From IMG/VR virus record IMGVR_UViG_3300044801_000147, positions 1 to 54,579 of that record: a DNA stretch of 54,579 nt. One strand, given 5' to 3'. A model generated the notes under the pieces. That model did not search any database. It was not told the origin of the DNA and worked only from the letters and a program-made list of their open reading frames with translations. Positions 16,601 to 26,300 of the stretch are shown in pieces (within the stretch, counting starts at the first letter, position 1; each line of letters starts with the position of its first letter). Source of the stretch: a virus (lineage: Duplodnaviria > Caudoviricetes). The position numbers and the translations under genes were made by a program.

Positions 16601-18562
16601 TCCGTCAACGTCCCGGCCTACGCCTACGCTGGGGGCAGGGACTCGCTCCAGCTCTCGCGCTCGACCTGGGGCCTCGGCGGCTTCGGCCTCAACTTCGGCC
16701 TCAACTTCGGCAACGCCGCCGCGCCCATCAGCCAGCGCAACACGCCAGGGGCGTGGTCCCCACTGGACGTCTCCGTCATCTACACCGACCTGGAGAGCGT
16801 GAGGCGCGTCTCCGTGCTCGACGGCAGCGACCGCTACATCGTGGTCTCGCCGTACAGCGTGCTCGTCTACGGCATCTACCCGTCCACGAGCCCGCAGGCC
16901 GTGCTCCTGCGCGTCCTGCTCACGCCGAACGGCACCCTCATCCAGGACGCCGTCCACGCCGAGGAGGACTACACCCTGGTCCTGGACAGCGCGGGGACGG
17001 TCTACCGCTACACCACCGCCCCGAACTTCTACACGGACGCCCCGGACACCTCCTTCGACCTGGCCGACATCTCCACCCTGTCCTTCGTGGACGAGGAGCT
17101 GGACAATGACGTCCGCATCCTCACGACGCAGAGCTTCCTCGGCCAGAGGGTGCTCGTGTTCTCCGGCGAGCAGGGTGCGCTGCTCCTCCAGGCGTCGACC
17201 GCCACCCTCGCGCCGGGCAGCTTCCTGGAGCTCACGACGGCCACCCACTTCCTGTACGGGTGCGACAAGGTGCAGTTCGTGCGCTGGGTCGGGATGGAGA
17301 ACCTCGGCTCCGGCGACGTGCTCCTCGGCACCGTGGCCAACGACACGGCGGAGATCACGGGCGTCGCCATCGCCTCCGGGACGTTCGCGGGCAGCCCCGT
17401 CGGCCCGAACACCCTGCTGGTCACGGCGGCCAACGACTTCGCGGCGGGCGAGGTGGTGGTGCTGTCGGGCCTCACCGCCGCCCCGACCCTGGTGAAGAAC
17501 GCCCTGAACGGCATGTACTGCACGGTCGTGTCCGCCAGCTCGTCGGCCTTCATCGCGTACATGGACGACGAGCACGTCCCGCAGCCCCCGGCGACCTACC
17601 CCGTCTCCCCGGAGACCGGGATCGCGGTGTCCCAGGACAGCGGCACCACGTACGAGTCCCTCATCAGCCTCGCGAACAAGGCGATCATCGGCGCGTGGGA
17701 CAAGTCGAAGCTCAAGAACCAGTTCGTGAACACGGGCGAGATACTGTTCGACCCCGACACGACCTACGCGGGCAGGCCGATCCCGCCCGCCCTCGCCCCG
17801 CTGTCGTTCCAGCTCAGCGGGACGAACGCCAACATCGCGCTCCGCTGGGTCCAGCAGCGTGCCGACCTCGTCGGCGGCTACACGGTCCAGGTCGGCACCG
17901 AGACCGTCCTGAACACCCCGGTCCCGGCCGCCCCGTACCAGTTCCAGGTGCCCGTCTCCCTGTACTTCTTCGACGCCAACGTGAGCGTCACTGACGTCAC
18001 GATCCAGACGGCCTCCGTCACGCTGGTCAGCGAGGCCACGCAGCAGGGCGGCTTCGGCCTGAACTTCGGCGTCGGCTTCGGCCTGGAGAGCGTCGTGACC
18101 TTCACGGCGGCCAACACCTTCACGGAGGGCCAGCAGGTCGTCCTCAGCGGCCTGACCTTCGCGACGTGGCTCAACGGCGTCCCGCTGACCGTCCTGACCG
18201 CGAGCCCGACCCAGTTCCAGGTCGTGGACCCGACCTCGCACACGCCGTTCGCGGCCATGCCGGAGACCGGGACGGCGGTCGGCTCCCTGAACATCCCGCT
18301 GGCGTTCGTGCCCTACGCGCCGGGGCCTGGGCAGTATACGGTGTCCCCGGCGGGGCTGTACACGTTCAACGCGGCGCAGTCCGGGCACAGCGTCAACATC
18401 GGCTTCATCCAGCTGTTCCGCACCGTCGCCAACGTGGTGTCCGGCGGGGTGCAGAACGTGACCGTGCAGCTCCCTGCCGGGCCGACGTACTTCTTCCAGG
18501 TGGAGGCGACGTCCCTGGACGGCGCGTCCGGCTACTCAAACATCCAGGAGATAACGACTTAG
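13700..18562 (+). CDS. Large virion structural (tail-associated) protein with FLNG beta-repeats and eight FG-rich motifs
   Basis: Thr/Val/Pro/Gly-rich, high GC3. Repeated V.V.GLT.ATFLNG..L.V domains, PKD-like W.QTSG segment, FN3-like C-terminus. Start at ATG 13700. Confidence 0.8.
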   Translation: MITILDQVPWSQVLVSGNGEFVTVPNPLTPSGELYVISNVRTASNSFAVLKSIPVPPSPGPGASFETKATYVFNEPNTDFDPVAAYDPANQLLHILGTRNTPTNGFGFSFGFNFGQAFGSSPQLNDLIKFTFDTNTNNLTGPFVLSTGARIRGSYDIAVLPNSNVVVGVCLADPILAVAGIASVDVHGNVATVTFTVPLATPYAPGQWVLVDGLTNATFLNGQLLQVLTANATQFTAPYGTGGFGLIFGARFGAGFAYGPTAEPSGATASPVGESLLAMELTPSSVVVPGTAVILDSSPSRTGNSFDAVSLVAPPLTRNVELYYQTHPKNITFQDQLFTVALFNRAAGTWDPAPTVLTTFPARWADDRLTVLQDTAGNRYMSQTYWTQLNHPEGIVGNAFLGFRPAGGFGYGFGFNFGNGQTNDWLFHPTFGTTVGGSIIQGTLSVDENLDVSYIYLLQPFDQIPAPPSAIAWPLHVASVAIPSLNLTEVPGFYNGLNLTWVRGTKSLVDDLSAWAVVGETEGALPPSPTTVPLYVSLFNVPPIANVKPPVVTLWRNNTWWATDVSLATSFAVASGVVTVQAANDFVPGEAVAVWGFQNPPNEFLNGTVLTVLTANATSFTAALAHANYTFVPGGFGFGLMFGLGFGGTDAGYVALLEPGPLVLDASGSTSPSLDPLGFTWTENYPGAGVTIAPTPSGSMAELTVADSVGGPGFVFDVGVAVTDTASPHPPATATVVSVSGGTVTFTINNAPDSLPLLPFAPREQVMPYDIAVAYGFGLSFGLNFGDADNSALGFLNDRVLTVLATPPPTSTSFSALCSPGSFSGTVPVTGFVMPQFQFAQTVVTVPTNVAPTVTFPNSSWSGFGNVFGFFFGEGPYLDIARNTTFTVTPNTPLLANQYPVVYTGLTDPDDVPTFSWVQTSGTTVAMSGTTSPSVTISTAGANILGETLTFQAAVDDGVNPTATASFSVNVPAYAYAGGRDSLQLSRSTWGLGGFGLNFGLNFGNAAAPISQRNTPGAWSPLDVSVIYTDLESVRRVSVLDGSDRYIVVSPYSVLVYGIYPSTSPQAVLLRVLLTPNGTLIQDAVHAEEDYTLVLDSAGTVYRYTTAPNFYTDAPDTSFDLADISTLSFVDEELDNDVRILTTQSFLGQRVLVFSGEQGALLLQASTATLAPGSFLELTTATHFLYGCDKVQFVRWVGMENLGSGDVLLGTVANDTAEITGVAIASGTFAGSPVGPNTLLVTAANDFAAGEVVVLSGLTAAPTLVKNALNGMYCTVVSASSSAFIAYMDDEHVPQPPATYPVSPETGIAVSQDSGTTYESLISLANKAIIGAWDKSKLKNQFVNTGEILFDPDTTYAGRPIPPALAPLSFQLSGTNANIALRWVQQRADLVGGYTVQVGTETVLNTPVPAAPYQFQVPVSLYFFDANVSVTDVTIQTASVTLVSEATQQGGFGLNFGVGFGLESVVTFTAANTFTEGQQVVLSGLTFATWLNGVPLTVLTASPTQFQVVDPTSHTPFAAMPETGTAVGSLNIPLAFVPYAPGPGQYTVSPAGLYTFNAAQSGHSVNIGFIQLFRTVANVVSGGVQNVTVQLPAGPTYFFQVEATSLDGASGYSNIQEITT

Positions 18563-18613
18563 CAGTATTTGAAGAGAAACACGACTTTGCAACCTGTTTA
18601 AGAGAGGCCCTCT

Positions 18614-19225
18614 ATGAGCATCGTACTCGGCAACAAGATCACAACTTTGATGGTAAGCGCCGCAAACGGAGACACTTACGGCGACCAGGAGCGCCACATT
18701 TTCCGTGGCATCCAGGCATTCTTCATGCCCAACGTCGAGAACATGACCCTCGCCACGCCCCCCGGCTCGCCCACGAACGGCGACATGTACGTGGTCGCGG
18801 TCTCCCCGACGGGAGCCTGGGTCGGCCAGACGAACAACATCGCGTACTGGGCGATCGACCCGCAGGACGGCGTCGCCACCACTGGCATCTGGGAGTTCTA
18901 CACTCCGCAGATCGGCTGGACCGTGTTCGACAACAACTCGCTCCTGACCTGGAAGTTCAACGGCACCGTCTGGCTCTGGACGAAGCAGATCGGGACCGCG
19001 GCATTCCCCGCCGCGACGAGCATCGCCGTGCCGTTCACCGCGACCTACGTCGGGACTCAGCCAAACGGACCCGCCGTGACGGTGACCGCACTCAACGCTG
19101 ATCCGAGCGCGGCTGGTGGAATTTGGGTTGTCCCAACGGGCGGACCTGGCGCGTGGACAGGCTTCACGCTTTGGGCCACGGACGTCAACTCGCTCACGTT
19201 CAACTACGTCGTCGAAGGTTATTAA
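18614..19225 (+). CDS. DUF2793-like tail-associated protein
   Basis: LATPPGSPTNGDMYVVAVSPTGAWVGQTNNIAYW..WEFYTPQIGW..FNGTVW matches the DUF2793 pattern. Confidence 0.8.
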   Translation: MSIVLGNKITTLMVSAANGDTYGDQERHIFRGIQAFFMPNVENMTLATPPGSPTNGDMYVVAVSPTGAWVGQTNNIAYWAIDPQDGVATTGIWEFYTPQIGWTVFDNNSLLTWKFNGTVWLWTKQIGTAAFPAATSIAVPFTATYVGTQPNGPAVTVTALNADPSAAGGIWVVPTGGPGAWTGFTLWATDVNSLTFNYVVEGY

Positions 19226-19310
19226 GGGGCATGTCTGTAGCTCCTAGCTACGCCGTGCCCCGCTGAATACATAATTGCCAAAAAGGGTTCGACACTCAGT
19301 ATTAGTGAGC

Positions 19311-19853
19311 ATGTCGTTTTCCCCCGAGCACAGAAGAAAGCTGAGCGAGGCCCGCAAAGACCCCTCCATAAACTGGAAGGCTGGGTCCAGCAAGCTCAAG
19401 TCCCTGGGCATCTCTCCCGAGACAGTGAAACAACAGCGGGACGCCGGGTTCCGTTTCTGCCGCGAGCACAATTCTTTCCTCTCCTCTAGCTCTTTCTTGA
19501 AATACGACGACACCTATCTGTGCCTGCTGTGTAAACAGGACCGCACGGCCCACAAAAAATACGGAACGCCTCCAGGCTGGTACAAGCATAAATTTGAGGA
19601 GCAAAACGGCACCTGTTTTCTGTGCGGGAATCCGCCGCAGGGCAGGATGCGGACGCTATGCGTGGATCACGATCATTCCTGCTGCAAGGGAGGCTCCTCC
19701 TGCGGCAAGTGCGTCCGTGGCCTTCTGTGTAATCACTGCAACCTCGTTTTGCAGGTATTAGACAACTCAGAATGGCTGAACGGCTCGACGAGCGCAATCC
19801 CGCCGCTCTGCGGTGGGTTAGCGAGTGCCTTTTGCGGTATTAAAAACTTATGA
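19311..19853 (+). CDS. Endonuclease VII-like homing endonuclease; 3' end replaced by the IS left end
   Basis: [33 protein letters not shown]. The reading frame runs into the IS left-end hairpin. Confidence 0.8.
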   Translation: MSFSPEHRRKLSEARKDPSINWKAGSSKLKSLGISPETVKQQRDAGFRFCREHNSFLSSSSFLKYDDTYLCLLCKQDRTAHKKYGTPPGWYKHKFEEQNGTCFLCGNPPQGRMRTLCVDHDHSCCKGGSSCGKCVRGLLCNHCNLVLQVLDNSEWLNGSTSAIPPLCGGLASAFCGIKNL

Positions 19854-20941
19854 TCCAGTGCCAACTCAAACTTCGACCCTGCAAGGCTCAGGAGAAAACC
19901 TGCGACCAATGGCTCTACCATCTGGCGTCGGTCTACAATTTCGCCGTGAGGAAGATTGAGCTAAACGCCAAGGACAAAATCTACTTCTCCAAACTGGAGT
20001 TCCAGAATCTTTTGGCGAACCACGGGCAACGACTTGATATTCCGTCGCACGCGCTACAGGGCGTTCTTTGTACCGTCCATGATGCGTGGAAGCGCTGCTT
20101 CAGGAAAATCGCTGGCAAGCCTCGGCTCAAGGGGATGCGGAAGCTAACGAGCATTCCGTTTCCAGACCCAATCAAGGCACCAAAAGGAAACCGCATCACA
20201 TTGCCCGGACTTGGCAGCCTTCGTTTCCATGGGCAAGAATTGCCAGAAGGAGTTATCAAATGCGGGCGCTTGGTCAAGCGTGCATCAGGATGGCACCTGT
20301 GCCTGTTCATAGCAGCGGACCCAAAAGCGATTGAGAGAGCGGCGTTCGGAGAAATCGGCATAGACCCCGGCTTCTCGAATCTGCTCACAACATCTGACGG
20401 GGAAATCATCGAGCACCCACGGGAGTTGGAAGCTTCGGCAGAACGCCTAGCGCAGGCACAGCGGGGGCACAACAAAACGTTGGCAGCAAGGATTCAAGAG
20501 CGCATAGCCAACCGCAAAAAGGACAGGAACCATAAGCTAACGACGCGATTGGTTGCAGAGAACGTGCTGATCGCGTGGAGCAAAGACAAAATCAAAGGAA
20601 TCGCAAAAAGGTTCGGGAAGAGCGTGAGCAGTTCGGCGCACGCGGAGATTCGAGGGATGTTGTCCTACAAAATGCCCATAAGCGGTGGGACGTTCGTCGA
20701 GACTGATTCCAAGTATTCCACCAAGACTTGCAGCGAATGCGGGAGCCAATCTGGTGGTCCTTCAGGGTTTGCAGGCTTGTCGGTAAGGCACTGGAGTTGT
20801 CCGTGTGGAGCGGAAAACGAGCGGGATGTTAATGCGGCTCGTAACACTCTAATTGCCGGGGTCGGATTGACCCACGAGGTGGCGTATGCCTAACGGCAAA
20901 AACCAGTCAGGAATCCCAGAGTTTCACTCTGGGAGGATCAA
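19788..20941 (+). mobile_element. IS200/IS605-family (IS1341-like, tnpB-only) element 1
   Basis: Left-end hairpin CCCGCCGC-TCT-GCGGTGGG (19799-19817). Right-end hairpin CCCAGAGT-TTC-ACTCTGGG, then GGATCAA. Left boundary approximate. Confidence 0.75.
19850..20893 (+). CDS. tnpB: TnpB RNA-guided nuclease (atypical RuvC-II)
   Basis: RuvC-I IGIDPG, Zn finger CSECG..CPCG, Ruv[13 protein letters not shown]. The RuvC-II region reads [10 protein letters not shown]. Confidence 0.9.
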   Translation: MIQCQLKLRPCKAQEKTCDQWLYHLASVYNFAVRKIELNAKDKIYFSKLEFQNLLANHGQRLDIPSHALQGVLCTVHDAWKRCFRKIAGKPRLKGMRKLTSIPFPDPIKAPKGNRITLPGLGSLRFHGQELPEGVIKCGRLVKRASGWHLCLFIAADPKAIERAAFGEIGIDPGFSNLLTTSDGEIIEHPRELEASAERLAQAQRGHNKTLAARIQERIANRKKDRNHKLTTRLVAENVLIAWSKDKIKGIAKRFGKSVSSSAHAEIRGMLSYKMPISGGTFVETDSKYSTKTCSECGSQSGGPSGFAGLSVRHWSCPCGAENERDVNAARNTLIAGVGLTHEVAYA

Positions 20942-21365
20942 TTATAGTCAATCAGGGTTGCAGTTAACCGAACAATTTGAGGCGTGCAAACTCGCCGCTT
21001 ATCAGGACATCAAAGGCATTTGGACGGTAGGGTACGGTCATACAGGTACAGACGTGTACCAAGGTCTTGTTATTACCCCGCTCCAAGCCGCTCAACTTCT
21101 ACTCAATGACGTGCAGCACGCAGTCAACTGTGTCAACCAACTCGTCATTACGACACTCACGCAAGGGGAGTTTGACGCTCTTGTGGATTTCGCGTTCAAT
21201 TGTGGGTGTGGAGCATTCGCCAGCAGTACCATGCTGAAATTGCTCAATTCAGGCGACTACCAAGGTGCAGCAGGCCAATTTGATTCGTGGGATCATGCAT
21301 CTGGTCAAGTTGTAGCTGGCCTGCTTCGTAGGCGTCAAGCTGAAACAAACGAGTTTAACTCTTGA
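20886..21365 (+). CDS. Lysozyme/endolysin, GH24 family; N-terminus encoded by the IS right end
   Basis: E-x8-D-x5-T catalytic triad in FEACKLAAYQDIKGIWTVGYGHT. FDALVDFAFNCG, GLLRRRQAE. Confidence 0.92.
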   Translation: MPNGKNQSGIPEFHSGRINYSQSGLQLTEQFEACKLAAYQDIKGIWTVGYGHTGTDVYQGLVITPLQAAQLLLNDVQHAVNCVNQLVITTLTQGEFDALVDFAFNCGCGAFASSTMLKLLNSGDYQGAAGQFDSWDHASGQVVAGLLRRRQAETNEFNS

Positions 21366-21952
21366 ACAAACAACGATGTGCCGACGCGTAAAGGGGAGCC
21401 GTAATCGTGCGAAGGCAACGCTTGTTGTATCCAGAGTGCACGAACGTATTGCAAACCTACGGGGCAACTTTGCCCACCAACTAACACACAGTCTGGTATC
21501 GAAGTATCCGGCGCTGTGTCTTGAAAATTTAAGCATTGAAGGTCTTGCGAAAACCAAACTGGCTAAATCAATGCTCGATGCCGCATTCGGAGAAACCGTT
21601 CGTCAGTGGAAATATAAGTCGCGCTGGAACAACACTCATGCCGTCCAAGCCGACAGGTTCTTCCCGAGTACGAAACTGTGCAGCGAATGCGGATACAAGA
21701 ACAACAACCTAAGTCTTTCAGACAGAGAGTGGACTTGTCCTGCTTGTGGGACATACCACAGCAGGGACGGCAACGCATCTCTAAACCTGAAAGCAGAGGG
21801 TATCAGAATTCTCGACGCCTTGGGATACATGGAGTCGTTAAACGACTGCGGACAGTGTGTCAGTCTTGCGAAAGCAAGCAACGCTGGTTGAAACAGTTAA
21901 GGGCGGCGTGAGCCGCCTAGAATCCCCCGCCTTTAGGCGTGGGGAGTATCAA
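21366..21952 (+). mobile_element. tnpB: 5'-truncated tnpB element 2 (C-terminal half, ORF 21376-21891) with intact right end
   Basis: LCLENL, FFPSTKLCSECG, CPACG, RDGNASLN. Right end 21917-21952 is identical over 36 nt to 37442-37477. Confidence 0.85.
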
Positions 21953-22515
21953 ACTGCTACATCCAAGTAAACCCGATCTAAGGTGAAATCGATGCTCACG
22001 ACCATGGAGGACTGCGCCGGGGGAGGGGCGACCAGGGGCGTCAGGATCGGGTGGGTGAGGTTGTTCGGCTGGTTCCCGGGGTCGGGGGAGTAGGTCACAG
22101 AGACCACGCCGTCGGCGTAGCACACGCCTCTCGGCAGGAAGCCCTGGACCGAGCCGTTGTAGTTGTTCGCCAGGGCGTTGGTATCCCCTAAAACGAACAG
22201 CATCCAGAGGGGAAGCTGCCCGGCGGTCAGGACCGGGACGCTCTGGTCCAGAATCGCCAGGGCGGCGGGGGAAAGCAGTACTAGACCGTAGGTCGGGAAG
22301 GCGGGCGTGCTGCCACGGTAGGTTCCGAACGCCTCGGTGAACCAGGAGGCCCTCGGGGTGTCCGGCTGGAGCACGCCGACGCGGTAGTAGCTGCCGTCGA
22401 ACGCGAAGCCGGTGTGCTGGTTATCCCCCAAATCGGGGAAATAAAAAGAATCATCCGTTCGTTTTTCGATCGTGCAGGAGGCGACGATGTTCTGGTCTAT
22501 GAAGTCGTATGCCAT
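21949..22515 (-). CDS. Hypothetical virion-type protein (only structural-like gene on the minus strand)
   Basis: High GC3 on the minus strand. Start MAYDFIDQN with GGGGA RBS. Its stop codon lies in the IS right-end TCAA. Confidence 0.75.
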   Translation of the reverse strand: MAYDFIDQNIVASCTIEKRTDDSFYFPDLGDNQHTGFAFDGSYYRVGVLQPDTPRASWFTEAFGTYRGSTPAFPTYGLVLLSPAALAILDQSVPVLTAGQLPLWMLFVLGDTNALANNYNGSVQGFLPRGVCYADGVVSVTYSPDPGNQPNNLTHPILTPLVAPPPAQSSMVVSIDFTLDRVYLDVAV

Positions 22516-22594
22516 ATTCCCCGTCCTACTCAAGGACTTTGCTAGTTCGGAAAACTTCACCAACTACGGTCCCTCCTTGGTAGGGGAACAAGAG
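22516..22594. promoter_or_regulatory. Divergent pair of putative phage promoters (AACTA-N14-TAGG on each strand)
   Basis: Plus strand AACTA-CGGTCCCTCCTTGG-TAGG. Minus strand AACTA-GCAAAGTCCTTGAG-TAGG. Each precedes a start codon. Confidence 0.5.
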
Positions 22595-23359
22595 ATGGGC
22601 ACGTTCAAAGACTTGACGGGTATGCGGTTTGGCTTGTGGTTCGTCACCGCTAGGGCTGAGTCGCAGAACGGCAAGACGCTGTGGCGAGTCCGCTGCATTT
22701 GCGGGGCGGAGAAAGAAGTTCTCGGCTACAGCCTTGCGTCTGGAGTTTCTAAGAGCTGCGGATGTGCCTCCGGCAGGATCAAAGCGGCCAAAATGCAGAA
22801 ACGCATCAACCTGATCAACCAGCGGTTTGGCAGGCTGTGGGTCGTTGCGCGGGCGGGATCAATCAGGTACGGGAAGAGCACTTCGTCAAACTCTTTGTGG
22901 GAGTGCAAGTGCACCTGCGGAAATATCATCACGGTCACGGGGAAATCACTCCGCGCTGGAACGACGAAAAGCTGCGGGTGCCTACACGCTGACATGACTT
23001 GCCTGGCCCCCGGACAGTCGGGGTTTAACACCCTGCTGAGCGTGTATAAAGTTCACGCTGAAAAAAGAGGGTTCATTTGGGAGCTGACAGACGAGCAGTT
23101 CCGCACCCTTGTGAGCGGGGCCTGTCATTACTGCGGACAGCAGCCTAGCCAAGTTTCCGTGAAGTGGTCAGAGAACGGGCAGTTCGTTTACAACGGCATT
23201 GACAGGCTGAACAACGCGGTTGGGTACACGCTTGGGAACACCGCTCCCTGTTGCGGGCCGCACAATCGGATGAAGGGCACGATGTCGGTGGAAGAGTTCA
23301 TAGAGCAGTGCCGCAAGGTCGCGTCGCGCTTCGGCATCTCTAAGTCAGTGGGGTTGTAA
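22595..23359 (+). CDS. HNH homing endonuclease with two Cys-rich repeats
   Basis: DLTGMRFG..CICG..SKSCGC twice. CHYCG..YNGIDRLNNAVGYTLGNTAPCC..NRMK. Confidence 0.88.
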   Translation: MGTFKDLTGMRFGLWFVTARAESQNGKTLWRVRCICGAEKEVLGYSLASGVSKSCGCASGRIKAAKMQKRINLINQRFGRLWVVARAGSIRYGKSTSSNSLWECKCTCGNIITVTGKSLRAGTTKSCGCLHADMTCLAPGQSGFNTLLSVYKVHAEKRGFIWELTDEQFRTLVSGACHYCGQQPSQVSVKWSENGQFVYNGIDRLNNAVGYTLGNTAPCCGPHNRMKGTMSVEEFIEQCRKVASRFGISKSVGL

Positions 23360-23362
23360 ACT

Positions 23363-26300
23363 ATGGCAGATCAGTACGACCAGAAAAGTTATCCTTCGAT
23401 CGTAAGTCGCACCCTGGACCCGTCGAAGAAAAGTTTGGCCACCGTCGTCGCGCTCCACGACCACGAGATCAGCGACGCCGACCTCAACCTGATGCAGGAC
23501 CTCCAGGACCTCAAGCGGTCCGAGCTCCTCCAGGACAAGTCGTGCGTCTCCGGCTCGCTCACCTACCAGCCGATGCAGTACAACACGGGCATCTCGAACG
23601 CGTTCTTCATCCCGTCGTTCGACGTTCTCTGGAACAACGTCGAGATTCTGACGATCGCCGGAAACCAGAGCGCGGACCCCACGCTCAACCGCGTGACCCT
23701 CCCGAACCCGGACACGATCGGACGCGCCGTCCCCAGCTATTGGTCGCCGGGCACGGCGGCCGAGGACGCGGCCATCTTCGTCGTGTTCCTTGAGGTCTGG
23801 TACCAGTCGCTCAACCCGATCACGGGCTCGGGCTACCAGCAGGGCACAGGCGCGAACGGCTCGACGCTGGGGGCCAACTACTTCTACCCGTACGGCGGCC
23901 TCAACCCCGACCCGTCCAACGCCTTCACCGTCCCCGACGACTCGATCGACCCGCTGCTCGGCGACTTCACCACGGAACGCGCCCAGGTGCAGTGGCGCAT
24001 AAGCGTGCAGCCCGTCTCGCTCAGCTACAACTTCCAGAAGTACGCGTTCGGCCTCGACCCGGACACGACCGACACGTCCGCGTTCGGCGTGCCGCTCAGC
24101 GTGTACGCCCAGGCGTCGCGCCCCGCGCCGATCGCCGGGAACCAGTACCAGTTCGTGAACATGGGCAGCATCAACGGCGACACGGGTCTGTGGCGTGCCG
24201 GGTCCCCGCCGTGGAGCAGCGCCGTCACGTACAACCAGGGCGACGTCGTCACGCTGCTCGGGGTCACCTACGCGAGCGTCTCCGGCTCCAACCTCGGCCA
24301 CAACCCGTCCACCACGTCGGGCTTCTGGAACGCCACGACCGTCGGCAACGTGAACAACTCGCTCGGCACGATGGACGGATACAGCTACGCGATGCCGCTC
24401 GGCGTGGTCTTCCAGCGCAACTTCGGCAACTTCGACGCCGAGCTCAACATCTTCGGCTGCGCCAACTCCGCCTTCCCCGCGACCCAGCCGCTGCCCACCA
24501 ACCCGCCCAACGCGATCAACGGCCTCCTGTCCTCTGGCCTGTCCGGCCGCTTCGACTCGCGCCTCGCGGACCAGGTCTTCGCGGACAACGTCATCGACAC
24601 GCGCCTCACGAACACGCTCGACGCCTGGGACAAGGAGGAGCTGCTCGGCTTCGGCTTCGGCGACCTCGTGCAGGGCAAGACCCAACTCGCGCTCGCGCGA
24701 GGGGACTCCAACGGCAACTCCCCGGAGGACATCGGCGCGACGCTCCCCTACTACGTCTCGGTGGCCCCGCCGCCGCCCGCCGTGCCGCCGCTCAACTACC
24801 CGCCCGTCGGTGCCTGGGACGGCTTCGCAAACGGCTTCAGCTCCGACGAGCGCACGTACCAGTCCACGGTGCAGATCACCACGGACGACAAGTCCAGCCT
24901 CGGCCCGGGCAGCACGCAGGGCGGGAACTGGGTGCTGGGCGACACGTTCACTGTAACGCTGCCCTCCACGTCCTCGGCGACGATCACAGTCATCTCCGTC
25001 ACGGCGCTGGTTTCCAGCCTACAGGGCGTCCCGCCCGCGACCGTGCTGACCCCGGCAGCCCTGCTACAGGGCCAGGTGACCATCACCGGGCTGGGCACGA
25101 AGTCCGCCACCGTCGCCATCACCACGAACCTGGTCGGCACGCTCTTCGACCCAGGCTCCAACAACATCTACGCGACCGTCGGCGTCACCTACCCCGCCGG
25201 GTCCAACGCGAACCTCCAGCACATACCCTTCACGATCGACGGCGGCTCGCTGTTCGACAACCAGGCGGGGGTCATCCTCCCCGTGTTCGGCGTCTCGGAG
25301 TACGACGTGCAGGCGGCGCAGGTCGCGCTGCCGACCTCGACTACGGTGACGAACGGCAACACCTCGGTTGCCTACCCAACGGTGGTCGGCACCGTGTTCG
25401 CCGTCAGCCCCGAGTACTCGGACATCGTCCTCGGCACCAAGATTTGGCTACAGGTCCCAGGCATCGCCGGGACGCAGCAGACCGTCGGCGGCTCCCCCGT
25501 CACCGTGTTCGTCATCCCGAGCGGGGACATCAACGGCACGCTGGGCGGGCTCTACGTGACCCAGGCGTGGGACTTCGTGTCGGGCAACGGCTACACCATC
25601 ACCTCCAACATCATGACGGGGAACACGGCCGCCAGCCAGGAGATGGTCGTCACGTTGCAGGGCGCGGTTCCGGCCTCGTCGACCGTGGTCTTCTCCATCC
25701 TCGCGCAGAACACCTGCCAGATCAACTACAACGCCCCCGTCAAGGGCGTGACGCAGATCGAGGAGACGGTGATGTTCGGGAACTACACGGGCAACAACAA
25801 CTTCCCCGTGGACCCCCGCGTCGTCGTGGAGAACATCAGCCAGCCCGGAGGGGCCGGGACGCCGTCGGCCATCGTCCTCGGGGCCAACGGCTGCGCCATC
25901 AAGGGCATCTCCGGCAACAACGTCGTCCCGTACATCTGGACCGTGGACACCTCCGGCAACCTGAACGCGACGGCCGTCACCAGCCTCAACTTCGTGAACG
26001 ACGTGCTGGTGGTCACCGTGCCCGGCACGGTCCAGCTGACTGGGACGGGCGCTCAGCCCTTCCTCTTCGCCGGGTCGATCCTGCCGTCGCTGAACGCCGC
26101 CTCCACGTTCGTGGTGCAGCTCCGCTACGTCCCGTACCAGGGCGAGGGCGTCGTCGGCCGCGCCTACGAGATTCTCGCCGCCGAGGACAACGCGCTGATC
26201 ACGAGCAACGGCACCGGGGCGGCCCCGGCCATCGGCCTCACGGACGTGTACCCGTACAACCGCGAGCTCCCGATCATCACCATGCTCCCGGCGCAGTCCA

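Noticed and set aside
19788-21952. Autonomous composite transposon or IStron carrying the lysozyme
   Set aside because: No tnpA (Y1 or serine) gene and no group I intron core are visible. Mobility as a unit cannot be supported from this window.
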